Assembly: GCF_009914755.1 (NCBI RefSeq)
Contig: NC_060925.1
Direction: 5' to 3' (one strand)
Source: the human T2T-CHM13v2.0 reference genome, Homo sapiens
Length of the DNA stretch: 64,000 nucleotides
Position 1 is the first letter of the stretch, and each line of letters begins with the position of its first letter. The notes under the pieces were generated by a model. It was not told the DNA's origin. It saw only the letters and a program-made list of their open reading frames with translations, and did no database searches. Both the position numbers and the translations under genes were made by a program. Below are positions 25,922-42,381 of this stretch, in pieces.

Positions 25922-26246
25922 GAGCTACGTGCAGTGGCTCACCCTGTAATCCCAGCACTTTGGAGGCTGAGACAAGAGGCGAAAAGTTCGAGACCAGCCT
26001 GGGCAACCTAGCGAGACACCATCTCTATGAAAAATTTAAAAATTAGCCTAGCATGTGTCTTGTGCCTGTGGTCCCAGCTACTCAGGAGGCTGAGGTGAGA
26101 GGATCACTTGAGCCCCAGAGGTTGAGGTTACAGTGAGCTGTGATCACACCACTGCACTCCAGTCTGGGTGACAGAGTGAGACACTGTCTCAAGAAAAAAC
26201 AAAAATTAAAACAAACAATAACAACAACAACAACAAAAAAAAAAAA
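25922..26246 (+). mobile_element. AluJ with A/(CAA)n tail
   Basis: Diverged dimer with degenerate tail. Confidence 0.85.
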
Positions 26247-26689
26247 CGGCAAAGTTAGAACACACAAAAGATAGTATAGTTCCTTACCCATCCACCACTT
26301 GGTTTTGAGGAGAAAAGGGAAGTAAGAAGAGTTGAAGAGAAGAAAAACAGAACAGAAGAGTGGGAAAGGAAGATGAAAGGGTGCTATGGAGTACTATGCA
26401 CCTGTTTAGAAGTGGGGAAGTAGCACAAACACTAGCAAAAGAAGAACCACCATGGAGTTCCTCCTTGCACATCTCTCTCCCCTCCTGAAGGCCTAGGGTG
26501 AGCCCACAGCATTGTTCCAGCAGTGAGGGAGTCTTCACTGCCTCCTGAGACTCTCTCACGGCTCTTAAGATACCTCCCTGAAGTCCCTCCAAAGAATTCA
26601 ATGTGCCCCTAGTCTAAATCAGTTTCCTCCATCATAAATACTCATAGATGACGCAACAATAAAGCGTTAATAACGATAATGGCAATTTT

Positions 26690-26870
26690 GTGTGTCAAAC
26701 ATTGTATTAAGCATTTTACCTGCTTTATTGTTTGTAATGCTTCAACAGCTTATGAGAAGGTATTATTATTTCTACTTCACAGTGCAGAAAATGAAACCTG
26801 AGTAAGTTGTCTTAGATCACACAGCTGCTAAGCAGTGGCACAGGGATTTAAGCCCAGGTCCATCTGATCA
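26690..26870 (-). mobile_element. MIR
   Basis: agatcacacagctgctaagcagtggcacagggatttaagcccagg. Confidence 0.55.
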
Positions 26871-27414
26871 ACTCCGATGGCACATAATTGACCTCTGCAT
26901 TGTCCCGCCTGCCCACAGGTCACTGCCTCAGTGATCCAGTCCCATCCGTTGTTTAGATAACTGAATAAGTTATCCTCGAATCATTTATTGTAAGCCTAGT
27001 CTCTCAAGTTTACTGTGAGTCAAGGGCTAGGTCATATACCTCTTTTGTGCTCTTCTATATCGTGGCATCCAACCTCTTGCTTGTCAGCTTCCAACTCTGG
27101 CTCAACTTAAGGACTTCTTTTCCTGGCATCTGTCCCTTATATGGGAGGTGTTCATACAATTCTACTGATTGTTTTCACCTTACAACTTTTTATTTTGAAA
27201 TACTCTCTTCTAAGTGTTCCTAGTAAATTTTTTAAAGCCAGCAAGGAAAAAAAATTCTATTTATTGCCAACTAATTATAAACATTAAAACATCAATTTAA
27301 AATTTAAAGGAAAAATGACCTATAATACCACCACTAATAGCATTTTCATGTGTTTTATTCATTTGTTCTTCATATGTATGTTCTTACAGAGTTGTAATCA
27401 AGACATACATATAG

Positions 27415-27729
<315 letters not shown>

Positions 27730-28490
27730 TAGTTTTTATCCAGATTTCTTAGGCAATTCATATACCATAAATATTTTCCTTTGTTGTACATAGTTGCCAT
27801 ACATAGCATTGTTATTGTCTGCAAAATATTCCAGCCTTAATTAATATATAGAGCTAGAATACTTTCTATATTAGTATTGGGATCTGTATCCAGAAGTTGT
27901 CCATCTTATTTCAAAGACAGCCTTTGGGGACAATCCCTCCATACTTCTTTTATTGCCAATCACAATTGGATGAATAAGTGGACTCTTTCTTTGTCTTGAA
28001 TCAGGGAGATGGATCAGCCCAAAAGAATCCCCTGCTGTTGTTCTCCAATCCCCTCCCTAGCATTTACAAGTCTTCACCTCTCTGCTGTAGCCTCTTTCCT
28101 TCTTTCTGTTCCCCATTTTCTTCCCAGCAAAAGGCTTCACTTCCTACTTCACTAAAGACATCTCCTAGTTCAAATATCACCTCCCCTGCAAAACCTTCCC
28201 TAGCCCTCACCATTTCTACACTGACAGGCCATCTAAGGACTCCCTACCATCTCCCATCTCAACCTCACAACTCATCACTTATGTACCCACCTTTACTTCC
28301 TTGTGTTGTATCTCAGAAAAAAAGAGTCTTTCCTTCTTTCAATGCTAATTCTTCAGCATTGGCCATTGATTTAATTCCCTTCTGCCTTCTCCAGGACCAT
28401 TTTGCATTCAATACCCACTGATTCCCACTGTCTCATCATTCATCTTTCCCTCTCTACTGGCTTAATCCCTCAGCCAACAGTTTTCTTCCA

Positions 28491-28492
<2 letters not shown>

Positions 28493-28540
<48 letters not shown>
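28493..28540. repeat. (CA)24 microsatellite
   Basis: Perfect dinucleotide run. Confidence 0.95.
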
Positions 28541-28541
<1 letters not shown>

Positions 28542-29050
28542 TTTCTATTGTATTTCTATTTCAAATTCATCTTTCACTTCCAAACCTCTTAAAACAGTGG
28601 TTTGTCCCTTTCTGTTTTTATTTCTGCAATTTATTACAGCTTCCTCTTCTTACATTTATTGAGCACTTAAGATGTAAAAACAATATGGAAATAGAGATCG
28701 ATAAAGCAGTCCCTACTCCCGAAGAGCTTCTAGTTAGTAGGGAAGATAGTAAACCAAATCAACACAACAAATAATATACATTTTATGACATAAATATGTG
28801 CACAAGTATCCATGGGGGGCTGCCTGGAGGAAATTGGAGAGACTTCCTAGGGAGGTGACATTTGAGTTAGGCCTTGAACAATGAGTTCAATATTATCAGG
28901 CAGAGACTGTACATATATTGCACATGACTGACAGGAACAATTTATGCAGATAACTGAGAAACCATATTAATGATTACTTAGGAAATATCAAATAATTCAG
29001 GTGTCATCAGAGTAAGGAACGTCTGGGGAAGAGATGAAGAGTCATTTAGG

Positions 29051-29233
29051 CTAGTTGTTCTCAAACTTTAGCATTTATCAGAATCATCCAGAAGACTTGT
29101 AAAAATGCCAATTGCTAGGCTTCATTCCCAAAGTTTTGAAAGGGGTGTGGGTTGAGCCAGATAAATTACATTTATAACATTCTCAAGTGATGCCAGTGCT
29201 GCTGATCTAGGGACCACACTTTGAGAACTACTG
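29051..29233. mobile_element. MER5A-like hAT MITE
   Basis: Inverted ends ctagttgttctcaaactt...actttgagaactactgg. Confidence 0.75.
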
Positions 29234-29780
29234 GCTTAGTAATCCAGCTTCTGCTTCAGTCGTTATAGTGAAATTACTTTTAGATGTCACCAAAGATCTC
29301 CAACTGTCAAATGCAATGAACTCATTCTCAGTCTTCATTTTCCTTGATGAGTTTGCAGCATTTGACATCATTGGCAATTTCAGTGAGCTCTTAACTGTCT
29401 CCCAGCTTTTAGCCTCTCTTTTAGTCCATTCAGTACTCTGAAGCCCACAGGATTGTCCAAAATACAAGTATAAACCCATCACTTCATACTTAAAACTCAC
29501 CAATGGCTCCCCATTCTCTACAGTTAAAGCCCAAACTGGACAGACTGGCATGGAAAATCGTTGGCATTCCGACCACATTTACCTCTCCCCCTGCTGCTGC
29601 CCAGGATTGCATAGCCTTTGTTCCAGGCACATCAAGCTACCAGCCAGTCCCCAGACATGCTGTGGGCTCATGTCCTCTTCACCTTCATATGTGCACTTCC
29701 CTTTGCCTATAATGCCCTTGCTGCCTCCCCTCCCCTATCCCATCCTCCCCTGGATCCATAGTGATATAGTTGACCCATAG

Positions 29781-30514
<734 letters not shown>

Positions 30515-31222
30515 CCTATGGAATTTTGGGTGAAGGCCTAGCTCCAATGTCATCTTCTCTCCAAAGCCTTCCTCAGCTTCCTGGCTCCTTTCCCTGAGGT
30601 CCTCCACGGTTGGTTTCTATGTATTATATATACCACTTAACAACTAGTTGAACATGTGATTACTATATGCGGACTTGCTTCAGTCTCTGAATCTTACTCT
30701 GAATCTATCTTGTTATTTTTGTTATTCTCATAAAAGGCTTTCAATATAGGTGTATTGAATGAATGTTGGGAACATAGTACACATTTGATAAATAATGATT
30801 TGAGTAGGCACTTGCTGCTTACCCAGTGGAACAGGCAAGCAGGCAAAGAGGAGGAGGAGGACACAAAGAGAAACTATGTTAATGAGCAAGAATCAAATGT
30901 GCCACCTCACAGCCTCCTGACTCCCTGCCTTAGAGGGTGAACCACAGGCTATTTCCCATGATTCCCTCTTCTTTGATGACACAGTGATTTGTCAGCTCTG
31001 TGGACTGGAGAGTTATGCAGCTGCCTTTCTCGCTTTCAACAAAGTACTTGCTGGAGGACTTATCCAAAGCTGAGAAGCAACACCTGTGGGGACTGGGCAG
31101 GAAACACTTTAGTAGTTTGTCTTGGTGCATGCACCACAAGCAGACAGCCATTTGCCTTCCATTTAGTTTCTGCAACTGAAGGAATACTGCGGGATTCTCT
31201 GCCGCTAGGAAGAAGAGAGCCG

Positions 31223-31236
31223 CCCCCCCCCCCCCC
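31223..31236. repeat. C14 homopolymer
   Basis: Counted directly. Confidence 0.9.
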
Positions 31237-31489
31237 ACCATCCATTCTTCCTCTCTCTCTCTTCCTTAGTCTTACCCCTGCACATTCTGATTGTTGTGGT
31301 GACCAGATCCTGCAGAAATAAAAGAGGCCTGAGTTCCTATGTGGCTGGGCTGTATCCTCCTCCTTCTCTAATAAAGCTATGGCGTTAAGGAAGCCCTATC
31401 AACTGATGAGCTCAGAATGCCCATGCCTTTTGTCACCTAGCCTTTCCCCATCTCTGTGCAAATGGCTACTAGAACAGCCATTTATAAAG

Positions 31490-31670
31490 TGACAACTATG
31501 TGTTGGGTGTTTTGCATACATGATCTCATTAGATCCATACAACATTCCTGCAAGAAAGATATCTTTATCTCCATTTAACAAATAAAGATACTGATGCTCA
31601 AAGAAGTCAAATAACTTATCCAATGTTGACAAGCTAACAAGTGGTAGGGGTCAGATTTGAACCTATGTTG
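31490..31670 (-). mobile_element. MIR
   Basis: tttatctccatttaacaaataaagatactgatgctcaaagaagtcaaataactt. Confidence 0.55.
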
Positions 31671-32560
31671 CAACCATTTTAGAGTCCTATATGTTTTCCA
31701 TTATTTATATCATCTTGGAGAACTAAAAAAGGTGAAAGTTACAGAGTCAGCCAGTGTCATAGCAGGAATTAAATTCAAGGTGTTCTGATTTCCAGGGCAG
31801 CCTACAAATATCCACCATATTGAAAGAACTGTTTGAATGGATATGTTTAATGTTCCAAGAATTTATGAAACTTAAAAATATATGTTGATACTACAGTTTG
31901 AAAAGGACCCAGAATTGGAAAAGCTGCTTGTTCATGAGTGTCCCTTGTCTCTACTGTCCTGTAGTCAGTGCCCCCTCAAAGTTGGATGCATCTGAGTGGA
32001 GATGCTTTTCTGTCACCTAAAGTCACACATTTACCTTTGATCCAGACCCTCCCCAGAAGTAGTGCTTTTGAAATCTCTTCTCCTCTTCTTTTTGTTTGAC
32101 AAAATATAAATGATAGTTTATTTCTAGAACGATGCCAAATTCAATAAAGCAATGATGGAGTTGTGTTTCGTTTTCTGGTCAAGTTGACACCATAAAGTGG
32201 GTTTTCCTGAATATTTCCCTGTTCCACTGGTGTTCTTGGCATTGTGAATAAACAGAGCTGGTGATAACATCCATCATAGAATTAAGCACATTGAGTGGGT
32301 GATAAAGTCAACAAGAAGCTGAAACAAGAATTACCACGGATAAGCTGCCAAGAGTTGGCTGTAGATTCTAAGTGGACACTGTGGCTCATTCATCTTCGCC
32401 CTTCAGCTTTCCACCCCAACATCATCCCTGCCTCAGCACTCATGACAAGAGTAGGAAAGTAGGAGAGAAGGAAAGCACAGGGATCAAGTACAGGGGACAA
32501 ATACATAGCATTGATCTGCCTGAGATAAAATCTAAAGACGCAGTAGTAAATTCTTAATGA

Positions 32561-32903
<343 letters not shown>

Positions 32904-33736
32904 GAAAAACACTTTTTAAGTCAAAATGAACCAACTAACAAACAAAAGTCATATTCCAGAAGTGCAAGTAGACACAAATGATCACTGGGCTTCTTTTAAG
33001 CAACATTCTGTTTTCTTGTCCTAACCTATCTCAAGCTAAGGAAATTCTAGGGTCTATTGTTCAAAGACTTGAAATGTTTTCCTTGGATTATTCCCACTCT
33101 TATATTTTTCTTGCCTCTTTCCAAAAGTGCGTTAAAAATGTCCAGGTTTTTTAACTCATTAAGATGCTCATCAAGCATCTTAATGAGTTAGTCACGATTA
33201 CAACTGCATCTTTTAAATTACCCAAACTGTTGAAAGGCTGCCATGAAAGGAGCTTCTACAAACAAAATCTGGGCTGTATTTCTCATTATCTTATGTTGCA
33301 AAAAGTGAATGAGGAGTTACTTCCAAAACAGTAATTAGCATAAAGGCTGCTGAAGCAGAGGAGAGATAGGTGCGCTACTGTCTCAATGGAAAATGTCACT
33401 GTTTTTTCTGCAAGGAATATGTACATTACTACTAAAGGAGAAGCTCTTTGCTAACAAATGTGAAAGGGTTTCACACAGTTCATGGCACATAATAAGTGCT
33501 CATAATTTGTTTGCTTCATCGGAATTCTCTCTGTAGTCTACTTCTCAGTCAAATAACTGTGACTACCTCCATTTCCTCACAATCCAGTCTCCTTATGTTC
33601 CTTCTGTTACAGGAATTGCAGCCTCATCACCTATCACAATATTTCTCAACCCTTTTCTTTTCATTATTGCCTTCCTAAGGAGGCTTTTCCGATGTTTTTA
33701 AAAATTGCTCTCCTCTATCAAATTTTGGTACCATAG

Positions 33737-34263
33737 TGTGATGGTTAATTTTGTGTGTCAACTTTAGTGGGCTACGGATTGCTGAGATCACTGGTAAAAC
33801 ATTATTTGTGGGTGTGTCTGGGAGGGTGCTCTTGGAAAAGGTTAGCATTTGAATTGGTAGAGTGAATAAAAGATCACCCTTGGCAGTGTGAGTGGGCATC
33901 AAGCAATCCCTTGAAGGCCTGAATAAAACAGAGAGGTGGAGGAAGCACAAGTTCACTCTCTCTTCTGGAGCTGGGACATCCATCTCCTCCTGCCCTTGGA
34001 TATCAGTAGTGTTTCTGGTTTTGGGGCCTTTGGACTTGGACTGGGACTTACAGGATTGGCTCTCCTGGTTCTCAGGCCTTCTGGCTTGGACTGGAGTTAT
34101 AATACACCAGTAACTTTCCTGGGCTTCCAATTTGCAGACAGCTGATCATGGGACTTCACAGGTTCCATAATTGCATGAGCCAATCTCTCGTAATAAATCT
34201 ATTTCTGTGTATCTATATATAATATATGCTATCAGTTCTGTTTCTCTGGAGAGCCCTAATACA
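33737..34263 (+). mobile_element. MLT2 (ERVL) solo LTR
   Basis: tgtgatggttaattttgtgtgtcaact...aataaa...gttctgtttctctggagagccctaatac. Confidence 0.85.
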
Positions 34264-36163
34264 CGCAGATATATTGTGATATCGGTTTATGCATTGTATG
34301 TATATCTGCACTTTGTACATTTAAAAAATTAAGTTGTTTTTTATCCCCCAAGATCAATTCTCACTCCCATTGAGAATGTGCAACCTATCAGACCACAGCA
34401 GACTGATTCAGGACACAGCAGAAGCAGATCACAGAAATAGATGCTAGACAATTGATTTGGGCGAAAATCAGTGCAGATGTCCAGCATAGAAGTTTGTCTA
34501 GATCAGGCTTTGTAAAGGTAAAGACAGACAGTTGGCCATACAGGTTAGCCAAACAAGACACAGGTTGGAGAATACAGCTGACAGCAGTGTTGATGGAAGA
34601 TAGGAGGGCAAGGTTCAAGGCAGGCAGAGATGTGAGAAATATTTGTCCACTGGGTCAGAGAATGCTTTATATAGAGAAATATCATCATCCAGAAAAGTTC
34701 CGTGAAAGAGAAATTATTCTCAGTTCTGAAGCCAGATTTAGACATTTTGCCTTTGTTCCTCAGGAGCCTGGACCACCCAGCCAACTGTGCCCTATTGATG
34801 AAAATCTCTGATTATTATAGGGGAATACATTATGTTGGCTTCTGTATTCCCTGAGAACCATCTACATCTCCTAGTACTTTGAAGTCGTGGTATCAGATGA
34901 AAGAACCAAGCCTTCCAAACTGACTTGGAGCTGTGCTGAGGTGTTCATGGCCTCAAGCATTCAAGCAAGTTGATTGGATATGAGGTGTGATATTCCTTTT
35001 CCTCAAGTCATTTATCCTCTGGAGATCCTAACCTAACCTAATCTCTCCTAACCTAAAAACAGGAGCAGACCCAGGGTCCTGACTGGGCATTCTCATTATG
35101 CTTCCTAAAACCATTAGGATCTCTTCGTGGTCACATCCAACAGCCTTTCTCTTTCTCAGGCCTGCAGCTCACTGCATGTGGTGCTGCCTCTCACATTCTC
35201 CTCTTTAATTAGAGGTCAGCCACTCTAACTCCAGCCTTCATCACACTCTGCCTCTAGGGTCTTCTGAATGCTGTCTTTGAGGGTCTTCTCAGTCTCTTCC
35301 TTCCTCTTTATCTTTTATCAAAGGCACTCTTTTAATCTTTTGGTTCCTTTCTGTTGCCCCTCCATTCTCATCTGTTTATATGTTCGCTTTAAGGTCATAA
35401 ACATTATTGAGTGCTTGCTATATGCCTAGTACTGATATAAACAAGATATGGCTTTTGTGCATTCTTGTGATGGAACAGATACATATATAAAACCAAGCAA
35501 AACACAATGTGAAATATGTAATACAGATCTGTACAAAATGTCTTAGCAACTCAAAAGAGGAAGTGATGAATTCTGTCTTGAGACAAATAAAAGGCATTGC
35601 AGAAGGAAAAAGTTTTGATTTGTGCTTTGAGAATGAATTAGGGATTTATGAAAAGAAAAGTTGGAGGAAGGGCATTACAGACAGAGAGATGAGGATGGGA
35701 TAGGAACAGCATGACCAAGGAAGGTTAGAAAGGCCATGTGACTGGAGGGGAAGCAGACAAGCGTGGGCAGGGAGAGTGGTAGGCAACGACCCTGCAAAGT
35801 TAGGAATGCACCACAACTGTAGTCACCATTTAAACCTACATGTCTAGTTAACATTCAAATGGATCATTGCACTGCCTGGGACATTCATTTTTAAATAGTA
35901 TAATTTAGCTCCTACTACTTGCTATATACCATGTAACATGCTTACCGCTGGTAATACAAAGATAAATAAGCTGTCCCCTCAAGAAATCAAAATATAATAG
36001 AGAGGTAGATGTGTTTTAAAAGTTATTATGTGCAATACAAGCCAACCCATGCAGTGAAGGTAGTATGTATATGACACAAAATAGAGAGTGATTAGCTCTG
36101 AGCAGAACATGTTTCAGAGAAAAAGTGATAGCAGAGCTTTAAGAGACTAATTGGGGTTGGGTG

Positions 36164-36588
36164 GTGCAGTAAGCAGAATAATGGCTTCTCAGAGATATCC
36201 ACATCCCAAACTTGTAAATGTTACCGTACATGTCAATGAGGACTTTGCAGATATGACTACGTTTAAGGAAGATGGGAAGATTAGATTATTCAGACGAACC
36301 TGATGTAATCACAGGGGTCCTTATAGAAAAAGGAGGCAGGAGTGTCAGAGAAAGAGATGTGACAATGAGGGACCATCAGCCAAAACCAAAAAGAAACAAA
36401 CAAAAACAAAAACTGTGGTTAGAAGCTGGAAGAGGCAAAGAACAGTGTCTCTCCTCCAGCTCCAGGAGGTATGAAGGTCTGCCAATGCTTTAATTTTAGC
36501 CTCATGAAATAGCCTCATTTCAGACTTCTGACCTCAAAAAGAGTAAGTTTGTGATAATTTGTTACAGCAGCAACAGGAAATGAATACA
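36164..36588 (+). mobile_element. MLT1 (MLT1D-like) LTR
   Basis: gcagaataatggc...gactttgcagat...ttgttacagcagcaacaggaaatgaataca. Confidence 0.8.
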
Positions 36589-36599
36589 GATGGAAAAGC

Positions 36600-37170
36600 A
36601 GCCAGGGTGCTGGGAGTGAGAGCATTTCAGGCAGAAGGAATAGCATAAGCAAAGGCACAGAGGCATGAAATAACATGGCAAACCCTTGGGGCAGGGGTTA
36701 CCAGTTGTTTAGTGTTGGTCTGGTTTAAGAACCACCAAGTAAGGAGCAGAAGAATGCACTGGCATGCAAAGCAAGTGCCAGATGACACAAGGCCTGGTAA
36801 GGAGCAGCCCTACCATGGAGCTTAGGTATGCTGAAGCTTAGAAGGTAAATCAGGAGCCATTTCATGGTTTCACACAAAAAAGGAAAAACACTGAATTTTC
36901 AATTTTGGAAGAAAAGCTTAATGGGGAAGAACCCAGGGCAGGGAGACCATTTAAGGAAGCTATAACAAAGTCCTGGAGGGACGTGGTGGGGCTTGAACTA
37001 AAGCAGTGTGAATAGCAGGAGAAGGCAGGGTAGCGATATTTAGGATTCAGAGAGTGACCAAATATGAGGAGCAAGGAGAAAGAGAAGAGTCAAGGATGAC
37101 CCCACATTTCTGATTTGGACTTTGATGAATGTCCATGTGCTTACTGACATGGGAAAAACTGGAAGTTCCT
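36600..37170 (-). mobile_element. L2 fragment
   Basis: gaagagtcaaggatgacccccacatttctgatttgg and ttcaggcagaaggaatagcataagcaaaggcacagagg. Confidence 0.55.
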
Positions 37171-37990
37171 CCCAATATTTCTTAGATTCATATTTTCTGA
37201 ATCTCTGTATCCACTAGGCTAATCCACCCATCAACCTATGTCTAGACAGTCTTTAAAGTCTTCCTAGCCACTTTTTCTGATTCTAGCCTTTACCCTTCTC
37301 AAGCTATTCTCCACGATGTTGTTAGAACAACTAATTCAATATTCATAAAATATTTATTTAGTGCCTGCCATGTTCCAGGTTCTGATATAGACTCTGTTCA
37401 TATCATAATGAACAAAACAATTTTAAGAATAAGTTAGCTTGCATTTAATCTAGAAGATCCTTATAGAAGGTAATTTTGGGTAGTTCCATCTCCAATTTGT
37501 ATCTTCTACAATGGCTTCAAATTTCCCGTCACTTTATATCTAAATTTTTTGGTGTATGCTCAAGCTCTCTGTCAACTTCCTTGCACCAAACGAGCTGTAG
37601 GGCCTCTTAACTTACAAATAGGTTGTGATCTAAAGCAGTGATTTTCAAACTATCTGTGTGGTTAATTTTTTTTTAATTTCCAAGCTTGTGGTCTAAGTGT
37701 CTTCCTGCGTATGACTAGGGCACAGGTCATGCCACCTGTGACTCACTATGAGAATTCCACAACACCCAGACCAGTCCATACCCTGCTCATTGACATGAGT
37801 CCACTGACAATGTGCTTGTATGTTACAGCATTCTCGATTTGCTCTAAAAATTTCTAAATGCTTACTCTCAATTTTAGCACCATCCACATACCACATTTGA
37901 AATCTCCATACTTAGTAAGCCCCTTACTAAAACACTTTTGAGGGATTTGGAACACATTTTTTATAAGTGCCTAATTGTATCATGATGGCA

Positions 37991-39068
37991 TTTTTTTACT
38001 TTTTTTTTTTCCTTCAACTTTTAAGTTCAGGGGTATATGTGCAGGATGTGGGGGTTTCTTACATAGGTAAATGTGTGCCATGGTGATTTGCTGTACAATT
38101 CATCCCATCACCTGCTTATTAAGCCCAGTATCCATTAGCTATTCTTCCCGACACTCTCCCTCCCCTCACACCCCGCTCTGACTGACCCCATCATGTGTTG
38201 TTCCCCCTATGTGTCCATGTGTTCTCATCATTCATCTCCCACTTATAAGTGAGAACATGCAGTGTTTGGTTCTCTGTCCCTGCGTTAGTTTGCTGAGGAT
38301 AATGGCCTCCAGCTCCATCCATGTCCCTGCAAAAGATATGATCTTATTCCTTTTTACGGCTGCGTAGTATTCCATGGTATGTATGTACATTTTCTTTATC
38401 CAGTCTGTCATTGATGGAAATTTAGGTTGATTCCATGTCTTTGCTATCGTGAATGTGCTGCAATGAACATAAACATGCATGTATCTTTATAATATAATGA
38501 TTTATATTCCTTTGGGTATATACTCAATAGTTGGATTACTAGGTCAAATGTTATTTCAGCCTCTAGCTCTTTGAGGAATTGCCACACTGTCTTCCACAAT
38601 GGTTGAACTAATTTACACTCCAACCAACAGCATAAAAGCATTCCTTTTTCTCCACAACCTCGCCAGCATCTGTTGTTTTTTGACTTTTTAGTAATAGCCA
38701 TTCTGACTGGCATGAGATGGTATCTCATTGTGGTTTTGATTTGCATTTCTCTAATGATCAGTGATTTTGAGCTTTTTATCATATGTTTTTGGCCACATGT
38801 ATGACTTCTTTTGAGAAGTGTCTGTTCATGTCCTTTGCCCATCTTTTAATGGGGTTTTTTTTTTCTTGTAAATTTGTTTAAGTTCCTTGTAAACTCTGGA
38901 TATTAGACCTTTGTCAGATGAATAGATTGCAAAAATATTCTTCCATTCTGTAAATTGTCTGTTCACTCTGATGATAGTTTCATTTGCTGTGCAGAAGCTC
39001 ATTAGTTTAATTAGATCCCATTTGTCAATTTTTGCTTTTATTGAAATTGCTTTTGGTATTTTTGCCAT
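37991..39068 (-). mobile_element. 5'-truncated L1 (older L1PA), ORF2 C-terminus + 3'UTR
   Basis: Frameshifted ORF2 remnants [65 protein letters not shown]; poly-T; possible TSD catga..gcattttttt. Confidence 0.93.
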
Positions 39069-39599
39069 GAAAGCATTTTTTTTTTTTTTGGCTCACCCAT
39101 TAAAACCTATATTGGCCATGCTAGCTTAGGTTTTTCCTGTAAACAGACCTTAGACTATGTGGAGGCAGGAGAAGGAAGAGCTCTGGGACGACTCTTTGGT
39201 ACACCATTTTCCTTTAAAGAATGAATGCTTCTTATTGTGCCTTCCTTTTCATGTTTTTCTTTTACTTCTCCTTAACCATCCCATTTCATGCAAACGAAGA
39301 TTAAAATTAACGTGAAAGACTCTCAAATTTTTATCAAGTTCTTGCCAGAGGTATTCCAACCACTTCAATTTTACCAGCCCTAATTAGATAAAGCTATTTA
39401 GCATAAATCATAGTTGCAATTCAACCTCAGGCTTATGAACTGGCTGGGACTAAAAAAGAGAGGGAGCCTTTTGTCTCCGATTCACTGGCTCAACGCTGGG
39501 GCTGGCTTATGTTGGACTTCCTCCAGCCCCCAATGAGTATGTTTGTAGCCTTATATTACAGTTCTTTCAGGACCTTTTTTTCAATCTATATCCTTTCTT

Positions 39600-40130
39600 T
39601 GATTTTTAACACTACAAACTCTTTCTTCCCTGTGAATAAACTCTTTTTCTATGGCTCTCATGACTCCACATTGGATTTCTTTGTTGTCTCATTCTCCTCT
39701 CTCTCCTCCTTAACCGAGGGCCTCATTCTAGACCTTCTCTCGCCCTCACATGCTCTCAGATGCTCTCATCCTGTCCTATGGAATCAGTTATTACCTAGAG
39801 AGACTCATGCCCTCAACTCTTTCCTGAATATGAGACATGTAATTTCAACTGCTTTCTCAACATTTTCATTTAAGTATCTCGAAAGCATCACAAACTCAAC
39901 TCGATGTTATTTTTCTGCATTCCATATCAGGACAACGCCATCTGCTTAAACATTCAAGATAAACACTTGGGATCATTTTTGACTCCTCATTTCCCTTTAT
40001 TCCCCATCTTCAGCTGATTGCCACTCACCATTCCACCACTGCTGTGTTTATTTCTCCAATCATTCTCATTTTCTCCATCTCCACTGCCTTGCCTCAGGCC
40101 CTCATCAGTTTTCACCTGGACCATTCTCAG
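39600..40130 (+). mobile_element. L2 fragment
   Basis: acttgggatcatttttgactcctc and caggccctcatcagttttcacctggacca. Confidence 0.5.
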
Positions 40131-40708
40131 TTCTCTGAACCCTCAGATCACCAATGCCCCACCCAGACTCTAAGATGCAGTCCCACTCCTCCCTGGAGCA
40201 ACCTCTCCTGGTCACTGCATTGTCCTTTGTCTCTGACAGGCATATCCAATCATCCCTACTCTTGAATACTGACCTTCAAAACTCTTCTTTCTTTAGCTCT
40301 TTGTAATATAATCAAAACTCCTTTCTCAGCATGAATTGCCAGGCCTTTTAACACACAGCCCCTGACTAACTCATAGCCTCTTCTTCTGGTTTAACAATAA
40401 CAATAATAACAGCAAACCACCACATCCCACAGTCCATCCTCTCAGGTATCCTCAAATTTCCCAAACCTGCCAACCTTTCCACCACTTCTCAGGCCCCTGT
40501 ACCTTTGAGCATTCTATTCTGGCGACCAGCTATGAACCAACCCTTGCCCTGCCCTGATGTTCCTCTATTTGGTATACATGCTTCAGCTTCCAAGGCAACT
40601 CCTCTAAGCACAGTTCACTGCTCCTTCTGTTGCATTCCCATAGCATGATGTAAGGGCCTGTATGGATGGTTCATTCAATGGAGTTGTTCTGAGCCAGGCA
40701 CTGAGCTA

Positions 40709-41454
<746 letters not shown>

Positions 41455-41651
41455 CTATAGGTGCTGTAGGAGAAATATGGGCAGGACAAATAAACAAAGG
41501 AAGGAATGGTTAATTCTGTCTGTGGGGTTGGAGGTGGAAGGAGAGAAACCTAAGGAAATCTATTACAAGAGAGATAACCCTCCTGGAGGGTAATGAGAGG
41601 AGGTCATTCCAGGCAGAGAACAGCATAACAAAGGCCTGGCAGGATGAAAGG

Positions 41652-41693
41652 GCCTGCTATATTTAGGGAAAAGCCTGCTATATTTAGGGAAAA
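41652..41693. repeat. 21-bp exact tandem duplication (gcctgctatatttagggaaaa x2)
   Basis: Seen directly. Confidence 0.9.
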
Positions 41694-42020
41694 GCAATTG
41701 GTTCTCTATGGCTGGATCCTGAGCATCAGCATAGACCCAGTTAGACAGAAGGCTGGAGAACAAGGGGAAAGCTTTACCTTACAGGCAACAAGGAGCCACT
41801 GCACGGTTTTACACAGGGTTAGATACATTACAATTTGTATTTTCAGAAAGATCATTCTAGCAACAGTGTACAGAGTACAGTAAAATATTGGAGGGTGGTC
41901 TACATGTGTACTTTTCTTATTGGGTTGTGAGCTCCTAGATGTCAAGTATTGGGGCTCTTTAATTTCTATCCTCCCAGTGCCTAATACATTTTTTCATCAA
42001 GCAATAAGAGAGAGGATCTT

Positions 42021-42381
<361 letters not shown>

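Noticed and set aside
31060-31245. Minus-strand ORF MDGGGGGGG... as a second poly-Gly peptide
   Set aside because: Arises from a C homopolymer; no exon or promoter support.
38232-39068. Three ORFs with L1 ORF2 similarity
   Set aside because: Frameshifted remnants of a truncated L1, not a functional gene.
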